Position numbers and translations under genes: made by a program. A stretch of 64,000 bases of DNA from Eledone cirrhosa (lineage: Eukaryota): positions 270,568,001 to 270,632,000 of the forward strand of contig OZ024740.1 of the NCBI GenBank assembly GCA_964016885.1, read 5' to 3'. The notes under the pieces were generated by a model. That model saw only the letters and a program-made list of their open reading frames with translations. It made no database searches and was not told the origin of the DNA. Positions within the stretch are counted from its first letter, which is position 1; each line of letters opens with the position of its first letter. Shown piece after piece: positions 63,047 to 64,000 of this stretch.

Positions 63047-63827
63047 TTATGGCAATAAAACATCAAAACAGTGAAGAGCTGGATTTAACACTTAATGCTA
63101 TTTAGCTCCATGTATCTATACACTGAGTTTAGATTATACCAGGGTTGACTTTGTCTTTTGTCTCTAGGATTGATAAACTAAGATTGTGTTTACTGCATTG
63201 TGCCCTTTGCTATAAATTAATATAAAATGATGATGTGGTGGATGATGATGATGATGGTGATGTGGATGATGGATGATAACCATTATTGATTGAACCTTCT
63301 TCAGTTTCAACAATGAGAATTCAGTTGTTCAATCAATAAAACCATTTTTTTTCCACGTTTGCATGGGTTGGACAGGTCTTTCTCAGCACTGCATTTCTCC
63401 ACTCACTGTGTTCCTTTGTTATCTCCTCTGTGAGTCTTAGCAATTTGAGGTCATCTCTCACAACCTCTGCCTAAGTCTTTCTTGGTCTACCTCCACTGCA
63501 GCTTCTTTTCACTGGGATTTCCTGGCACTTCTTCACCCAGTGATCATCATCCGTCAGAATGCCACATCCGCCACACTGTTATAAGGCTAAATTTTGAATT
63601 CCAGGTACAGTCCATCTGATGACCTTCCCCACAATTTCTGTTTCCCTAATTTCACTCACACATCTTGGTTCAACTTGAAGCTATGATAAAAACACTTGCC
63701 CAAAATGTTATGCTCTGGGATTGCCCCTGGACCCTCAGGTTTGCAAAGTGAACTTCTTAACCCCTTAGACATGTCTGCATCCACTAACATTATTATTGTT
63801 GTTGTTATCATTTAATCTGAGTTAAAA

Positions 63828-64000
63828 TCATGCCGAGGTTAACTTTGCCTTTCATCCTTACAGGGTCAATAAAATAAAGTACCAGTAATGCACTGTGGCG
63901 GATTTAATCAACTTTCCCCTCCCTTTCAAATTACTGGCCTTGTGCCTATACTAGAAATCATTCTTATAAGGGTTGTAGATTGGCAGTATCAGCAGAGTGT
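63828..64000 (+). mobile_element. Family-A SINE 3' part followed by the head of another copy
   Basis: GCCGAGGTTAACTTTGCCTTTCATCCTTAC..., then GATTGGCAGTATC at the window end. Confidence 0.8.

Overview
This is AT-rich, microsatellite-dense eukaryotic (animal) genomic DNA. The SINE families and (TA)n/(CA)n load suggest an octopus-like cephalopod (inference). Most of the window is transposable elements: a 5'-truncated R4/Dong-like retrotransposon head-to-head with a near-full-length L1/Tx1-like LINE at an (ATT)n tract, a nearly intact Naiad-type Penelope-like element (RT + GIY-YIG), a second Penelope fragment, two large and four small CRE-clade relics, RTE relics, non-autonomous Helitrons, hAT/pogo/mariner MITEs and many tRNA-derived SINEs, including a 5-copy tandem array. 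Four hammerhead-ribozyme folds were found by eye: 17309-17463 (-), 47567-47629 (-), 47714-47776 (+) and 48127-48197 (+). The only host gene I can support is the 5' part of a probable TSNAXIP1 orthologue (+ strand, three phase-compatible exons, 56142-61120) with a candidate RFX X-box promoter near 48.67 kb. Most short ORFs in the track are microsatellite artefacts. All family assignments come from motif recognition, not database searches.
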